Assembly: GCA_963823555.1 (NCBI GenBank)
Contig: CAWGMA010000002.1
Span: 661,717-725,716 of the forward strand
Origin: Candidatus Eiseniibacteriota bacterium
GTDB lineage: Bacteria; Eisenbacteria; RBG-16-71-46; CAVPCR01
Direction: 5' to 3'
DNA length: 64,000 nt
The translations under genes were made by a program, and so were the position numbers. The notes below the pieces were generated by a model. It worked only from the letters and a program-made list of their open reading frames with translations, did no database searches and had not been told where the DNA came from. Position 1 is the stretch's first letter; every line of letters begins with the position of its first letter. This document shows positions 7,635 to 18,343 of the stretch, one piece after another.

Positions 7635-10400
7635 TCAGCGGATCCAGACGACAGGCTTGCTGGTGTTGAACTGCGGAGCGTCCACTCTCACGAAGTAGAC
7701 GCCTGCGACCAGCGCTCGGCCAGCCTGATCCCTGCCGTCCCAGGCGAACTGGTGTCGGCCTGCAAGCAGCACTCCGCCCATCAGATCCCGCACTTTTCGG
7801 CCAGACACGTCGTAGATGCCGGCATCGACTCTCCCCTCCGCAGGAAGATCGAGGACGATCGCCGCTGCGCCGCGAGCGGGATTCGGGAAGACCGACAGGA
7901 AAGTGCCACCAACCGGCAGGGCTTCCGCCACACCGGAGGGCATCGTCACCGTCAGAATGGCCGCGTAGCTGGTCTCGCTGCCACAGGGGTTCGATACCAC
8001 GCAGTCGTAGGCGCCGGAGTCGGCCGCCGCTACCTGCTGGATCGTCAGATCCCGAGTCGCCGCACCGAAGATCGTCGATCCATGACCCGTCGCCCCGTCT
8101 TCCAGGGGAATGCCGTTTCGGCGCCAAGAGAAGGCCAAGTCCCAGTATCCATTGGCGGGATAGACCGAGAAGCTTGCATTCTCACCCTCGCCAACAGTTT
8201 GTGGGAAGGGATGGACGGCGATCCAGGGTACCCCCGTCGTCAGGAAGCGTGCCGCGCCGAGGGTTGGGATGTTCACGCTCCCGACCGACGTGAAGTCCCC
8301 ACCCACGAACAGTTCCCCGTGGTAGGCCGCAACCGCGCGGGCCGTCGCGTCCACACCGCCATCCACTATGACCCAGGCTCCATCCTCGAACCGGGCGACC
8401 GACCCGGGGAAATCTCCGGTGGCGTAAAGGAATCCGCCCTCCGACTTGAGTGCGAAAACGGTTCCGGGAAGACCTGTCCCGACGGCGACCCAATCCCCCC
8501 CGCTGAAGCGCGCGACGTGGTTGAGCGGCGTGCCGGAGCCGGATGCGGCGAAAGCTCCGCCGGCGTACGTGGAGCCGCTATGCCGCTCGATGGCATAGAC
8601 CGCGCCGTTGAGACCGCTACCCAGGGGGGACCAGGGAGTATCGGGGAGATCCAGGCGGTCTATCCAGGATGCGATGCACAGGGCCGAAGTGCCGTTGGCC
8701 GAAGTGAAGAGACCACCGGCCAGCATCACGCTCGTCGTGGCGTTCAACGAGTACCCCTTGAGGGAGAAGACGGCACCGTTGATTCCGGTCCCCATGGCTT
8801 CCCAGACCGACCCGTTCCACCGGGCGACGTGCAGGAGTGGATTTGGTCCCGAGCGCGTGAATCCTCCGCCGGCGACCGTTGTGCCTGCAAAGCGGCCGAG
8901 CGCGAGGACGTCGCCGTTGAACCCATCTCCGAGCGCTGACCACCCGGTCAAGAGGATGTCGTCCGATTCGGTCCACTGGGCCACGCGCATGGCGCTCACT
9001 CCCCCGGCCGTAGTGAACTGACCACCGACGACCAGAACGTTCCTCTGGGGGGGACTGGTAATCGTATAGCCGGTGAGGGCCATGACGGGGGCGTTCGTAC
9101 CCGTTTCAAGAGGAAGGAGCTGCTGCCCGTCCCAAGCGGCGATGTGAGACGACTCGCCTTCCGGGAAGTACTGCGAGAACGAACCGGCAAGCCCGACCCG
9201 GTTTCCATAGACGGCGAGGGCATTGACGCTCACGGGAGCGCTGCTGTCGTTCCAGGAGGTGCCGTTCCAGCGGGCGAGGTTCCGCACCGGGATGTTGAAT
9301 GTGCCGCCGGCAAACAGCTCTCCGCGGTACTCCGCCATCGTGTAGACTGCCTCGCCGTTCGCCACACCGGCGCCGATGCCGCCCCCCAGCGCCTGCCACC
9401 CGCTGACGTCCCAGCGAGCCACCCGGCGGATCATCGCGGTCGTGCCTCCCGCATGGAACTCCCCTCCCGCGTGAAGGTAGCCATCATAGCTGGTGAGGGA
9501 GTACACGGGCGCGCCAAGCGAGCAGGGGTTCCCGCAGTCCATCGTCAGCCAGCGAGTCCCATCCCAGAGGATGCACCACTTCTGCGGAACCCCCTGGTTG
9601 TCGATGTGCGCGAATGCCCCACCCACGGCCAGCATCCCGTTGTACACATGAAGCGCGTAGACGTCGTCGTCGAGACCGCCGTCCCCATCGGCGACCGAAC
9701 TCCATGAGGAGCCGCTCCACTTGGCGAGAAACGGCATGCTCTCGAGACCGCCGTTCTGGAAATCCCCGCCGGCGTAGAGGTAGCTGCCATACGCGGCCAG
9801 CGCGTAGACGGGCCCGTCCAGAGAGCTCCCGAAGCTGACCCAAGTCGAGCTGGGGGCATCCCAACGCCGCGTGTTGTTGTTGAAGTTGCCCCCCGCGTAG
9901 AGCTGTCCGTTGTAGGTCGCAAGGGCATAGACGGAGGACCCTCCCAGCATCCCATTGCCCATCGGAGACCAGTACAGATCGTTGTAACGCGCCACAAACC
10001 TCGCTTGGACGCCTCCTGCGCTGGTGAACGAGCCGGCGGCAACGAGGATCCCTTCATGGATGGCCAAGGCGCGAATGGGGCCGTCCACTCCTCCCGCCAG
10101 GTCCCGCCAGACAGTTCCGTCCCATGACGCGACGTTGCTCACTTGGACTCCCCCGATGCTTGTGAACTCGCCACCGACGATGAGAAGCTCCTGGCGAGGA
10201 CCGGCGCCGTCGGGATCCCACACAATCGATGCGTTGATCGGACCGTTGGGTGAGGTCACCCCCCCCGTGAAGGGCCCGGCACGCCACTCTGGACAGACGC
10301 CGATGGCGGATGAAGTCGAGATGGCGAGGAAGAACGCGACAAGACCGAGAAGAAGACGAAGTCGGGTCTTCGGCAGATCCGGAGCCAGCTCCGCATACAT
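7635..10400 (-). CDS. Large secreted beta-propeller repeat protein with Ig domain and C-terminal FlgD-Ig domain
   Basis: GGAGG RBS, signal peptide, repeated WxxLGxGxxGxVxAL..LYAGGxF..ARWxG units, DSGAYDCVVSNPCG Ig motif, FPNP..IYDVSGR..WDGRD..GVYF. Confidence 0.85.
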   Translation of the reverse strand: MYAELAPDLPKTRLRLLLGLVAFFLAISTSSAIGVCPEWRAGPFTGGVTSPNGPINASIVWDPDGAGPRQELLIVGGEFTSIGGVQVSNVASWDGTVWRDLAGGVDGPIRALAIHEGILVAAGSFTSAGGVQARFVARYNDLYWSPMGNGMLGGSSVYALATYNGQLYAGGNFNNNTRRWDAPSSTWVSFGSSLDGPVYALAAYGSYLYAGGDFQNGGLESMPFLAKWSGSSWSSVADGDGGLDDDVYALHVYNGMLAVGGAFAHIDNQGVPQKWCILWDGTRWLTMDCGNPCSLGAPVYSLTSYDGYLHAGGEFHAGGTTAMIRRVARWDVSGWQALGGGIGAGVANGEAVYTMAEYRGELFAGGTFNIPVRNLARWNGTSWNDSSAPVSVNALAVYGNRVGLAGSFSQYFPEGESSHIAAWDGQQLLPLETGTNAPVMALTGYTITSPPQRNVLVVGGQFTTAGGVSAMRVAQWTESDDILLTGWSALGDGFNGDVLALGRFAGTTVAGGGFTRSGPNPLLHVARWNGSVWEAMGTGINGAVFSLKGYSLNATTSVMLAGGLFTSANGTSALCIASWIDRLDLPDTPWSPLGSGLNGAVYAIERHSGSTYAGGAFAASGSGTPLNHVARFSGGDWVAVGTGLPGTVFALKSEGGFLYATGDFPGSVARFEDGAWVIVDGGVDATARAVAAYHGELFVGGDFTSVGSVNIPTLGAARFLTTGVPWIAVHPFPQTVGEGENASFSVYPANGYWDLAFSWRRNGIPLEDGATGHGSTIFGAATRDLTIQQVAAADSGAYDCVVSNPCGSETSYAAILTVTMPSGVAEALPVGGTFLSVFPNPARGAAAIVLDLPAEGRVDAGIYDVSGRKVRDLMGGVLLAGRHQFAWDGRDQAGRALVAGVYFVRVDAPQFNTSKPVVWIR

Positions 10401-11043
10401 GAGGGACCTCCAGGCTTGCTCTCCTTGCGGCGAGAAGAGGAGGCCATATCGATTCGTTTGGTCGCGGCGTGGGCTGTCACAGTCGCTGTGGAGCAGGGCA
10501 CGCGAGCGAGGCACGCCCCTGGGTCATTCCGGGCCGGACGGCCGCCCGTGAACGGATGGAGCCTCGGGATCAACGCAGGAGTATGGTCGAAGTCGCGTCG
10601 TTTGTCTAGACCGGATCGGCCGTATCGGACGCGATCGCCCCGCGCCTGGGAGGACCGAGGTCCTCGATGCTTACCTCTTTGGGGTCTACTTCGCGCTTCC
10701 GGAAGGGGGCGGTCAACAACCAGCACCTGTCAAGTTCGTCTATCTTCGTTGAACAGGCCGGCTCGGAGCACAACACTACGGAGGTGTACGATGAGGAGAG
10801 CATTCTAGAGAGCCGGGTCAACTTCAGGCGCTCCTTGTTGCCGTCATTTGCATTGCACCGCAGGCGATACCAGGGGAGAATCCTCTCGTCGATCTTCCAC
10901 TTCATGCCAAGCAATCGAGCTTCGAGTCGTGCAATGGCTACCTGCCACTCGACTGCTACAACAACCGCCCCACGGATCAGGGCCTGCGATGGAGTTCGGT
11001 GGCCGGCCCGACCTCGACACCCGCTCCCTGATTCTCTAGGCAC

Positions 11044-11380
11044 TCACCTGGCCATGATCACGCGCCTCGATGCCGACCCGTCCGCCCAGGTGAGCCGGGC
11101 GACATAGAGGTCTCCTGCGACGATACGGCCCTTGTCATCTCGACGATCCCAGATCACCGCGTTCGGCCCCGCCGCATCCATGAGCCTGCGCACGCACCGT
11201 CCGGCCACTTCGTAGATCCTGAGCTGTGCCTCCAACCTGTACGGCAGATCGAATCCGAGCCGGACCGTACCCCAGGTTGGATTGGGCTCTGCCGTAAGCA
11301 GAGCAAGACCCTGCAGCCCAGGTGAGGCAGTGGCCGGCACTGCCGTCGTCACCTCGCACTGCGTGGGCCCGATCACGACG
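11044..11380 (-). pseudogene. Orphan C-terminal FlgD-Ig domain fragment
   Basis: TAVP..EPNP..LRIYEVAGRCVRRL..WDRRDDKGR..GDLYVARL, with no convincing N-terminal part. Confidence 0.6.
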
Positions 11381-11552
11381 TCGCGGGGGGGACCCGGGGG
11401 CCTGGGGAATCGGTACCGGAGGCGAACAGGCATCGTGCCGAAGCCGGAAGCGAGTGGGCAGCAGAAGAAAGCACGGCCGCGCCCTCCAAAGCGATCGGTG
11501 ACTTCGCGCCGCGCGACGCATTGCCCACCATTCGAGCTGTCTCCTCCCTTGG

Positions 11553-12515
11553 TTACCTTCGCCAGTCGGTGTGACTGACCTTGCGGCTGATCAGATCGAT
11601 CGCGCCGGTGGCAAAGGTGTATGAATAAGTCAACCGGTGCGGGACGGGTCCTTCGAAGACGATCTTGGCGTTGTCCGGCGAGAAGATCGGCCACATCCCG
11701 TAAGTGACAAACTCGGGGGTTTGCCCGGGCTCGCTGATATCCAGCGTGTAGATCTGAGGGTCGCCTCCGTTGACATTATCCCAGAAGAAGTAGGCGATCG
11801 TATCGACCCCCTGGCGTGCCCAGCTGCCGCTGACGAACCTCCCCTCCGTTTCAGGAATGCTGAGGACAGACGTTCGGACTCCGGTCGCTCGATCGATGAC
11901 CTGGAGCGTAGAAGACCCGACCCATGTCGACGAATCGAACACCAGCTGCGTGCCGTCGGAGTTCCACTCGGGACGGCTGATGGCGGCGTCAGAAGTCTGA
12001 TAGAGGATCTCACCCGCACCACCCGAGGCGGGAAAGATCCAGAGCGTCCAGGTCCAGTCCTCTGAGTTGATACAAGAAATCTCATCGCCAGCAGGCGACC
12101 AGCGAGGTTCGTTGCACTTCCTGCCACATGCAGAGTGGGGAACAATCAGGTGGTTGTTCGACCCATCCCTGTTCACCACCCATAAGCCAGTATAGTGCTC
12201 CATGTAGACGAGTTGAGTGCCATCCGGGGACCAGGATGCCTGTCCAATGATCTGGCCTCCTTCGCTCAAGACGACGGGGGTCACATTCGATCCATCTGCA
12301 TCCATGATGACAATGTCGCCTCGGTACATCCCGGCGATTTCGGGATTGGCCGGCGGCGGTGGTGGCGGCTTCGCCCCGTCGTAGGCTGGTTTTCCATCAG
12401 GCGAGTTGACCAAGCCGGGCCCCGATCCGTCCTGACATCCCACCAGGACCACGAAACAGAGACTTACGATGAGCAAGGGCCATGAGCCCCAGTGGATTCG
12501 AGACAAGCGTCCCAT
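11553..12515 (-). CDS. TolB-like (PD40 repeat) beta-propeller lipoprotein
   Basis: Lipobox LVGC; repeats SWSPDGTQLVY, PRWSPAGDEI, PEWNSDGTQLVF, PIFSPDNAKIVF. Confidence 0.85.
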   Translation of the reverse strand: MGRLSRIHWGSWPLLIVSLCFVVLVGCQDGSGPGLVNSPDGKPAYDGAKPPPPPPANPEIAGMYRGDIVIMDADGSNVTPVVLSEGGQIIGQASWSPDGTQLVYMEHYTGLWVVNRDGSNNHLIVPHSACGRKCNEPRWSPAGDEISCINSEDWTWTLWIFPASGGAGEILYQTSDAAISRPEWNSDGTQLVFDSSTWVGSSTLQVIDRATGVRTSVLSIPETEGRFVSGSWARQGVDTIAYFFWDNVNGGDPQIYTLDISEPGQTPEFVTYGMWPIFSPDNAKIVFEGPVPHRLTYSYTFATGAIDLISRKVSHTDWRR

Positions 12516-12849
12516 GACACGGTCCTCCTTGCTTCGAGCGCGGCCTAAACCGCATCCGGCTGGAGCGAAACAGGTCCAGCAAGCGCGGCTCGCGCAGTCG
12601 CGGTCGCATCATGAGGCTCAACTCTCACAGAACTCTGAAAAAGGTGGACTGTGCGCCAGCTCGTATCCTAATTTGCACAATGACAACGAACTAGGGGGGG
12701 GTGTCGAGTGCTCGACCGCGACCGGACGAGCTGCCAACGTGGTATCATCGAAGGCGTCCGGAGGCTCGCCGGCGAGGGCCCCCGAGCTGCTCCGGGCCAC
12801 GATCGATCGGGCAAGCCAGAGACAGCGTCTGCGGGAGGTTCGCAATCCC

Positions 12850-13000
12850 ATGGCCGTGTGCTGCCGCATCGAGCTTTTCGGCGGTCTCCGAATCGTGCGC
12901 GGAGAGTCCACGCTCACCCGCTTTCCGACGCACAAGACCGCCGCACTCCTTGCCTATCTCGCCTATCACAGCGACCGCGCGCATCCCCGTGAGAGTCTGG
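12850..13000 (+). pseudogene. SARP/AfsR (BTAD) family transcriptional regulator N-terminus, cut by a mini-IS91 element
   Basis: MAVCCRIELFGGLRI..RFPTHKTAALLAYLAYH..AHPRESL, ending at the repeat boundary. Confidence 0.75.
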
Positions 13001-13216
13001 GCGCATAGGATCTTTCATCGGCCCTTTGGCCTGACCTCAGGTGTAGGACGGGGGATTGGGGAAGGGAAGGAGCGTGTCGGGGGGAAGCGGAGGGGCCCAT
13101 GGCGCCGCGATGGCACGGCGGGGCGATGGCATCGGCCCATTGCTGAGCGCGGCGCGCGGCTAGGGCACGGAGGTCCCCCACCACTCCGGCGGGATGCGCG
13201 GAGCGTCGCGGGGTTC
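13001..13216 (-). mobile_element. 216-bp non-autonomous IS91/ISCR-derived mini element (oriIS end), copy 1
   Basis: Near-identical to 31218-31433 and to the 3' ends of the transposase-bearing copies at 39.5 and 63.3 kb. Confidence 0.85.
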
Positions 13217-13470
13217 GCTCAGGCGGTCGATCCCGGAGCGCGTGCTCGCCGAGGCGGCTGCGCCCGAACCCGCGGTTGCAACGGCCACGGCTTGCCAGGC
13301 ATCGCCGTGCCATGACCGATCCTGGACCCACCGAACCCGCTCCCCTCAGCCTGATGGCGACGAAGCCAACCGCCACCTGCGCCAAAGTGCCCACCACTAC
13401 TCGCCAGTCCTTCGGACCGCCCTCCTACCTTCGCCTTTGGCTACGAACCGCAGTAGAATTGAGGGTGGCT

Positions 13471-13860
13471 ATGGGACGTCAGCATTCACAACCTGCCGGA
13501 GCAGCGAGCGCCGGCGGAGCCCAGGTCGACTACGACCACATCGTCACCGGCACCACCGGCTTTCCCGGTGGCAGCGTCCTCGAGGCGATCCTGCCCGAGG
13601 TCGAGGGCCGCGTGTTCGTGATCGGCTGCTCTGCCCCAGAGCGCCCGCCCGCCGAGCGTCTGTCCTCGATCACCCGCCGGGCCGTAGGTGCCGATCGCAT
13701 CGTGCCGATCGTCGGCACCGACAACCTGGCCGCCGCGCATGGGGAAGAGTTCGTCGAGTCGGTCGCGGCCATCGACGGCGCGGTGTCACGAACGCTGTTC
13801 CACCGTTACTTCCGCCGCCGGCCGAGCGCGGAGGTGCGCAATGGCCGCGTGCGCTACTGA
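13471..13860 (+). CDS. Hypothetical protein, first gene of the ABC/dikinase operon
   Basis: ATG after GAGGG, TAGAAT just upstream, GC3-rich codons, overlaps the next gene. Confidence 0.55.
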   Translation: MGRQHSQPAGAASAGGAQVDYDHIVTGTTGFPGGSVLEAILPEVEGRVFVIGCSAPERPPAERLSSITRRAVGADRIVPIVGTDNLAAAHGEEFVESVAAIDGAVSRTLFHRYFRRRPSAEVRNGRVRY

Positions 13861-15064
13861 GCGCCCCGCAGCGCGTGAAGGGCCAGGGCGCGCGCTCGCC
13901 GCGCCGGGCACCGTACGCGATGTGGCGCTACTCGCGCTGCTCGCGCTCTGGGTGGGCGGGGCCGGGCCGGCGCGAGCCGGCACGGCGCTTGAGTGGCGCG
14001 GCGAGGCGTCCGCGATGGGCATCTTCGGTGACCGCGAACAGGTGACGCCCGGGGTGCGGCTGCGCTACGTGCCCGAGGCGCTGGTGACTTGGAAGGCCCG
14101 GCCGGGGCTGTCGTTCGACGCGGATGCGGCCGGCGAGTTGCAGGCGGAAACACGCTGGCCGCGCGATGCACCGGTCGAGACCGACACCGATGCGTCGTTC
14201 TACCGGCTGTGGGCGAGCGTGGCGGGGTCGGCGACCGAGGTGCGCGCGGGCCTGCAGCAGGTCGACTTCGGCTCGGCCACGCTGCTGCGGCCGCTGATGT
14301 GGTTCGACACCCTCGATCCACGCGACCCGCTCAAGGCGACCGCGGGAGTGTGGGGGGTACGTTGGCGCCAGTCGCTGCCGTACGGCGCTGGGTTGTGGGC
14401 GTGGGGCCTACTCGGCAACGACGAGCGCCGCGGCTGGGACCTGCTGCCCTCGTCCGGCGACGAGCCCGAGGCCGGAGCGCGGTTGCAGGTTCCCGTGCCT
14501 CGTGGCGAGGTCGCCGGCGCCTACCATCACCGCACCGCGGAGTTCGCGCTCCCCGGCACGCCGGGCGCGCCGCCGATGTCGCAGGAGATCGCCGAGGACC
14601 GCTTCGGCTTCGACGCGCGGTGGGACGTCGGCATCGGCGCGTGGCTGGAGGGCTCCTGGACGGACCTGCGCGACACGCCGCTGTCCGGCGGCTGGCAGAG
14701 CGCGCTGTGCGCGGGCGGGGACTACACGTTTGGCGTGCTCGACGGCCTCACAGTCGCCCTCGAGCACATGCGCCTCGACGCTTCAGACGACCCGCTCGCG
14801 CGCGGCACGGGTCGCGACCTGACCGCGTTCTCGGTATTCCTGCGCCTCGGCGTGCTCGACACGGTGCGCGGGTTCGGGTTCAAGGACTGGGAGACCGGCG
14901 CGGACAGTCAGGTGATCGAGGTGCGGCGCACGTGGGACCACTGGAGCGTGCACCTTCTCGGATTCCGCGGCGGCGACGCGCTGGGCGCATTCGGCCCGGA
15001 CGGGGCGTTCCCCGCCGGCAATGGGGGGCAGCTGATGCTGGTCTACCAACACGGGACGGAGTAG
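13841..15064 (+). CDS. Putative outer-membrane beta-barrel protein
   Basis: Signal-like segment, GLQQVDFGSATLLRPLMWFD..DPRDP, amphipathic strands, C-terminal GQLMLVYQH. Confidence 0.7.
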   Translation: MAACATERPAAREGPGRALAAPGTVRDVALLALLALWVGGAGPARAGTALEWRGEASAMGIFGDREQVTPGVRLRYVPEALVTWKARPGLSFDADAAGELQAETRWPRDAPVETDTDASFYRLWASVAGSATEVRAGLQQVDFGSATLLRPLMWFDTLDPRDPLKATAGVWGVRWRQSLPYGAGLWAWGLLGNDERRGWDLLPSSGDEPEAGARLQVPVPRGEVAGAYHHRTAEFALPGTPGAPPMSQEIAEDRFGFDARWDVGIGAWLEGSWTDLRDTPLSGGWQSALCAGGDYTFGVLDGLTVALEHMRLDASDDPLARGTGRDLTAFSVFLRLGVLDTVRGFGFKDWETGADSQVIEVRRTWDHWSVHLLGFRGGDALGAFGPDGAFPAGNGGQLMLVYQHGTE

Positions 15065-15066
15065 CG

Positions 15067-15813
15067 ATGACGGGAACTGAAGTGCGCCACGGCAGGTCGG
15101 ACGGGCAGCCCGTCATCCGCACTCGTGACCTGGTCAAGACCTACCCGATGGGCGGTGAGACGCTCACCGCGCTCGACCGCGTCAGTCTCGACGTGGCGCG
15201 CGGCGAGTTCGCCGGGCTCGTGGGGCCGAGCGGTTCGGGCAAGACCACACTGCTCAACATCGTCGGCTCGCTCGACGTGCCCACCTCGGGCAGCGCGCAC
15301 GTACTGGAGCGCGACATCGGTGCGCTCGCAGAGAGCGAGGCGTCGGCGCTACGCAATCGATACATCGGGTTCGTGTTCCAGACCTTCAACCTGCTGCCGG
15401 CGTACACGGTGGCCGAGAACGTCGAGTTCCCGCTGCTGTTGCTGCGGGTGGCAGCCGCCGAGCGGCGTGCACGGGTGACGCGAGCGCTCGAGCTGGTGGA
15501 GCTCGCGGACCGCGGCGGGTCGCGCCCGCACCAGCTGTCGGGGGGCCAGAGCCAGCGCGTCGCGATCGCGCGCGCCATCGTCAAGGAACCCGAGTTGGTG
15601 CTCGCGGACGAGCCAACCGCCAACCTCGACGTGCGCAACTCCCACAACGTCATCCAGATCATGGAACGACTGAACCGTTCGCTCGGGACCACGTTTCTGT
15701 TCTCGACCCACGACGAGAAGGTCATCCGCTACCTGCGCCGCGTCATCACGCTCGCTGACGGGCGTGTGGAACGCGATGAGCGCCGCGAACCGCCGACTGG
15801 AGGCGGGGCATGA
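15067..15813 (+). CDS. ABC transporter ATP-binding protein (LolD/MacB-like)
   Basis: [40 protein letters not shown] and STHD motifs. Confidence 0.95.
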   Translation: MTGTEVRHGRSDGQPVIRTRDLVKTYPMGGETLTALDRVSLDVARGEFAGLVGPSGSGKTTLLNIVGSLDVPTSGSAHVLERDIGALAESEASALRNRYIGFVFQTFNLLPAYTVAENVEFPLLLLRVAAAERRARVTRALELVELADRGGSRPHQLSGGQSQRVAIARAIVKEPELVLADEPTANLDVRNSHNVIQIMERLNRSLGTTFLFSTHDEKVIRYLRRVITLADGRVERDERREPPTGGGA

Positions 15814-17003
15814 TGCTGCTCGGGCTCGCGCTGCGCAACCTGCGTGCCGCCGGCACGCGCACCGTGCTCAACGTGGTGGTGTTGTCGCTGGTGTTCGTGA
15901 CCATCGTCGCCGCCCAGGGCTTGCTGGCGGGCATGAACCGCCAGATGACACGCGCCAGCCTCGAGGTCGAGTACGGCGGAGGGCAGTTCTGGAACGAGGC
16001 CTGGGACCCGTTCGACCCGCTCACGCTCGAGCGCGCGCACGGTTCGCCCGGCGTGGCGCTCGGCGCGCTCGAGGCCGACGGGCGCGCCGCGCCGGTGCTG
16101 GTGCTGTCGGGCGCGCTGTACCGCGAGGGCCGCATGCGCCCGGTGCTGCTCAAGGGCGTGCCGCCCCACCAGCGCGCGGTGGCGTTGCCGACCGCGGTGC
16201 TCGACGGCGACGCCGCGCGGCGCGCGACAGCCGAGGGCGCGATCCCCCTGCTGGTGGGAACTCGCATGGCGCGCACCGTGGGCCTCGCCGAGGGCGACGC
16301 GGTGGTGTTGCAGTGGCGCGACCGCGCGGGTGCTTTCGACGCGCGTGAGGGCCGCGTCGTCGCCATCATGAACACGCCGGTTCAGCGTGTGGACGTGGGA
16401 CAGGTCTGGATGCCGCTCGCGACTCTGCGCGCGCTCTCCGGGATGGAGGGCGAAGCCACGCTGGTCACGCTCGCGGCCGGCATGCGACCGCCGCCACCAC
16501 CGCCCGGCTGGGCTTTCCACGACACCGGCGAACTGCTGGCCGACGTGCACCGGGTCGTGCGGGGCAAGGCGATCGGCTCGTGGTTCGTTTACTCGCTCCT
16601 GCTGATGCTCGGCCTTCTCGCCATCTTCGACACCCAGGTCCTTTCGATCTTCCACCGCCGGAAGGAGATCGGCACGCTGATGGCGCTCGGCATGACACGC
16701 CGCCAGGTGGTAACGTTGTTCACGCTCGAGGGTGCGCTGCATGGGCTGTTCGCGGCTCTCGCCGGCGCGGCGTGGGCCACGCCGCTGCTGGCGTGGTTCG
16801 CGCATTCCGGCTGGAAGGTCACGGCCTCGACCGACCGCTACGGGTTCGCGCTCGGCGACCGCATCTACCCGCTGTACGGCGCGGGCCTGGTGTTCACGAC
16901 CATCCTCGTGGTGCTGGCGGCAACCACGGTGGTGGCGTGGCTGCCGGCGCGGCGCATCGCGCGCCTGCGGCCCACCGAGGCGCTGCGCGGGAGGCTCGGG
17001 TGA
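15810..17003 (+). CDS. FtsX-like (LolC/E-type) ABC permease
   Basis: ALRNL at the N-terminus, RRKEIGTLMALGM, PARRIARLRPTEALR. Confidence 0.9.
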   Translation: MMLLGLALRNLRAAGTRTVLNVVVLSLVFVTIVAAQGLLAGMNRQMTRASLEVEYGGGQFWNEAWDPFDPLTLERAHGSPGVALGALEADGRAAPVLVLSGALYREGRMRPVLLKGVPPHQRAVALPTAVLDGDAARRATAEGAIPLLVGTRMARTVGLAEGDAVVLQWRDRAGAFDAREGRVVAIMNTPVQRVDVGQVWMPLATLRALSGMEGEATLVTLAAGMRPPPPPPGWAFHDTGELLADVHRVVRGKAIGSWFVYSLLLMLGLLAIFDTQVLSIFHRRKEIGTLMALGMTRRQVVTLFTLEGALHGLFAALAGAAWATPLLAWFAHSGWKVTASTDRYGFALGDRIYPLYGAGLVFTTILVVLAATTVVAWLPARRIARLRPTEALRGRLG

Positions 17004-18343
17004 TCCGCTTCCTGCTCATGGGCCTGTTACGCGACCCGGCGCGCAGCCGCTTCCCGGTCGCCATCGTGCTGTTCGGCGTGGCGCTCACCGTTGTGCTGGT
17101 CAGCTGGGTGTCGGGCATCTCGAGCGACCTGGTGCGGACCAACGCGGCCTACGAGACCGGCCACCTCAAGGTGGTGTCGCGCGCCTACGCGCGCGAGTCC
17201 GACATGGCTCCCAACGACCTCGCGCTGCTGGGAGCGAGCGCGCTGCTCGACTCGCTGCGCGCGGCCGCACCGGGGTGGACGTGGACCCCGCGCATCCGTA
17301 TCGCCGGCCTGCTCGATGTGCCTGACGCCGCGGGGGAAACCCGCGCCCAGGCGCCCGTGCGCGGCCTCGGGCTGGCGCTCGCCGGGGAGGGCGCGCCCGA
17401 GCACGACCTGCTCGAGCTACGGCGCCTGCTGGCGCGCGGGCGGCTGCCCGCGGAGGCCGGCGAGATGCTGGCCACGGATGCGCTCGCGCGCCAGCTGGGG
17501 CTCGCGCCCGGTGACGTCGCCACGCTGGTGTCCTCGACCATGGACGGGAGCCTGACGACCTGGAACCTGCGCCTCGCCGGCACCGTGCGCTTTGGCATCG
17601 CCGCGCTCGACCGCGGCACTGTTCTCATCGACATCGCCGACGCGCGCGCGGCGCTCGACATGGACGATGCAGCGGGGGAGATCGTGGGCTTCGCACCGGG
17701 CGGCCTGTACGACGATGCGCGCGCGCGCCGCGTCGCGGAAGACCTGCGCGAGGCGGGCCTCGCGGGGGCGCCCGACGCCGCCGCTGCCGGCGATGACGCG
17801 GGCGCGGCGGGCGAGTTCGCGACCGACGAGTTCGTGACCGACGAGTTCGCGCCAGTGGTCCTGACGCTGCGCGAACAGGCGGGCCTGGGCCAGGTACTGG
17901 ACCTGGCGTCCGCGGTCTCGGCGGCGCTGGTCGGTCTGTTCCTGGTGGTGATGTCGATCGTGCTGTGGAACTCCGGGCTGATCGCCGGGGTGCGGCGCTA
18001 CGGGGAGATCGGGCTGCGGCTCGCGCTCGGCGAGGCGCGCCGCCACATCTACGGTGCGATGCTCGCGGAGTCCTTCATGGTGGGCGTGATCGGGTCGCTG
18101 GCGGGCACCGTGCTGGGACTGGCGATTTCGTACCGGCTCGAGGCGGTCGGTCTCGACCTCGGCTCGGTGTTGCGTCACTCCGACATGGTGGCCTCGAGCG
18201 TCATGCGCGCCCGCGTCACGCCCGCGTCGTGGGTCATCGGCTTCCTGCCCGGCGTCGGGGCGACGCTGCTGGGCACCGCCATCGCCTGGACCGGGGTGTT
18301 CCGCCGCCGCACCTCCCAACTGACGAAGGAGTTCGAGGCATGA
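17000..18343 (+). CDS. FtsX-like (LolC/E-type) ABC permease
   Basis: GTGA overlap with the previous gene; N-terminal TM, large periplasmic domain, RRYGEIGLRLALG, three C-terminal TMs. Confidence 0.88.
   Translation: MIRFLLMGLLRDPARSRFPVAIVLFGVALTVVLVSWVSGISSDLVRTNAAYETGHLKVVSRAYARESDMAPNDLALLGASALLDSLRAAAPGWTWTPRIRIAGLLDVPDAAGETRAQAPVRGLGLALAGEGAPEHDLLELRRLLARGRLPAEAGEMLATDALARQLGLAPGDVATLVSSTMDGSLTTWNLRLAGTVRFGIAALDRGTVLIDIADARAALDMDDAAGEIVGFAPGGLYDDARARRVAEDLREAGLAGAPDAAAAGDDAGAAGEFATDEFVTDEFAPVVLTLREQAGLGQVLDLASAVSAALVGLFLVVMSIVLWNSGLIAGVRRYGEIGLRLALGEARRHIYGAMLAESFMVGVIGSLAGTVLGLAISYRLEAVGLDLGSVLRHSDMVASSVMRARVTPASWVIGFLPGVGATLLGTAIAWTGVFRRRTSQLTKEFEA

Noticed and set aside
10606..11043. 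Possible CDS in a lower-GC intergenic stretch
   Set aside because: No RBS, motif or codon-bias support that I can identify.
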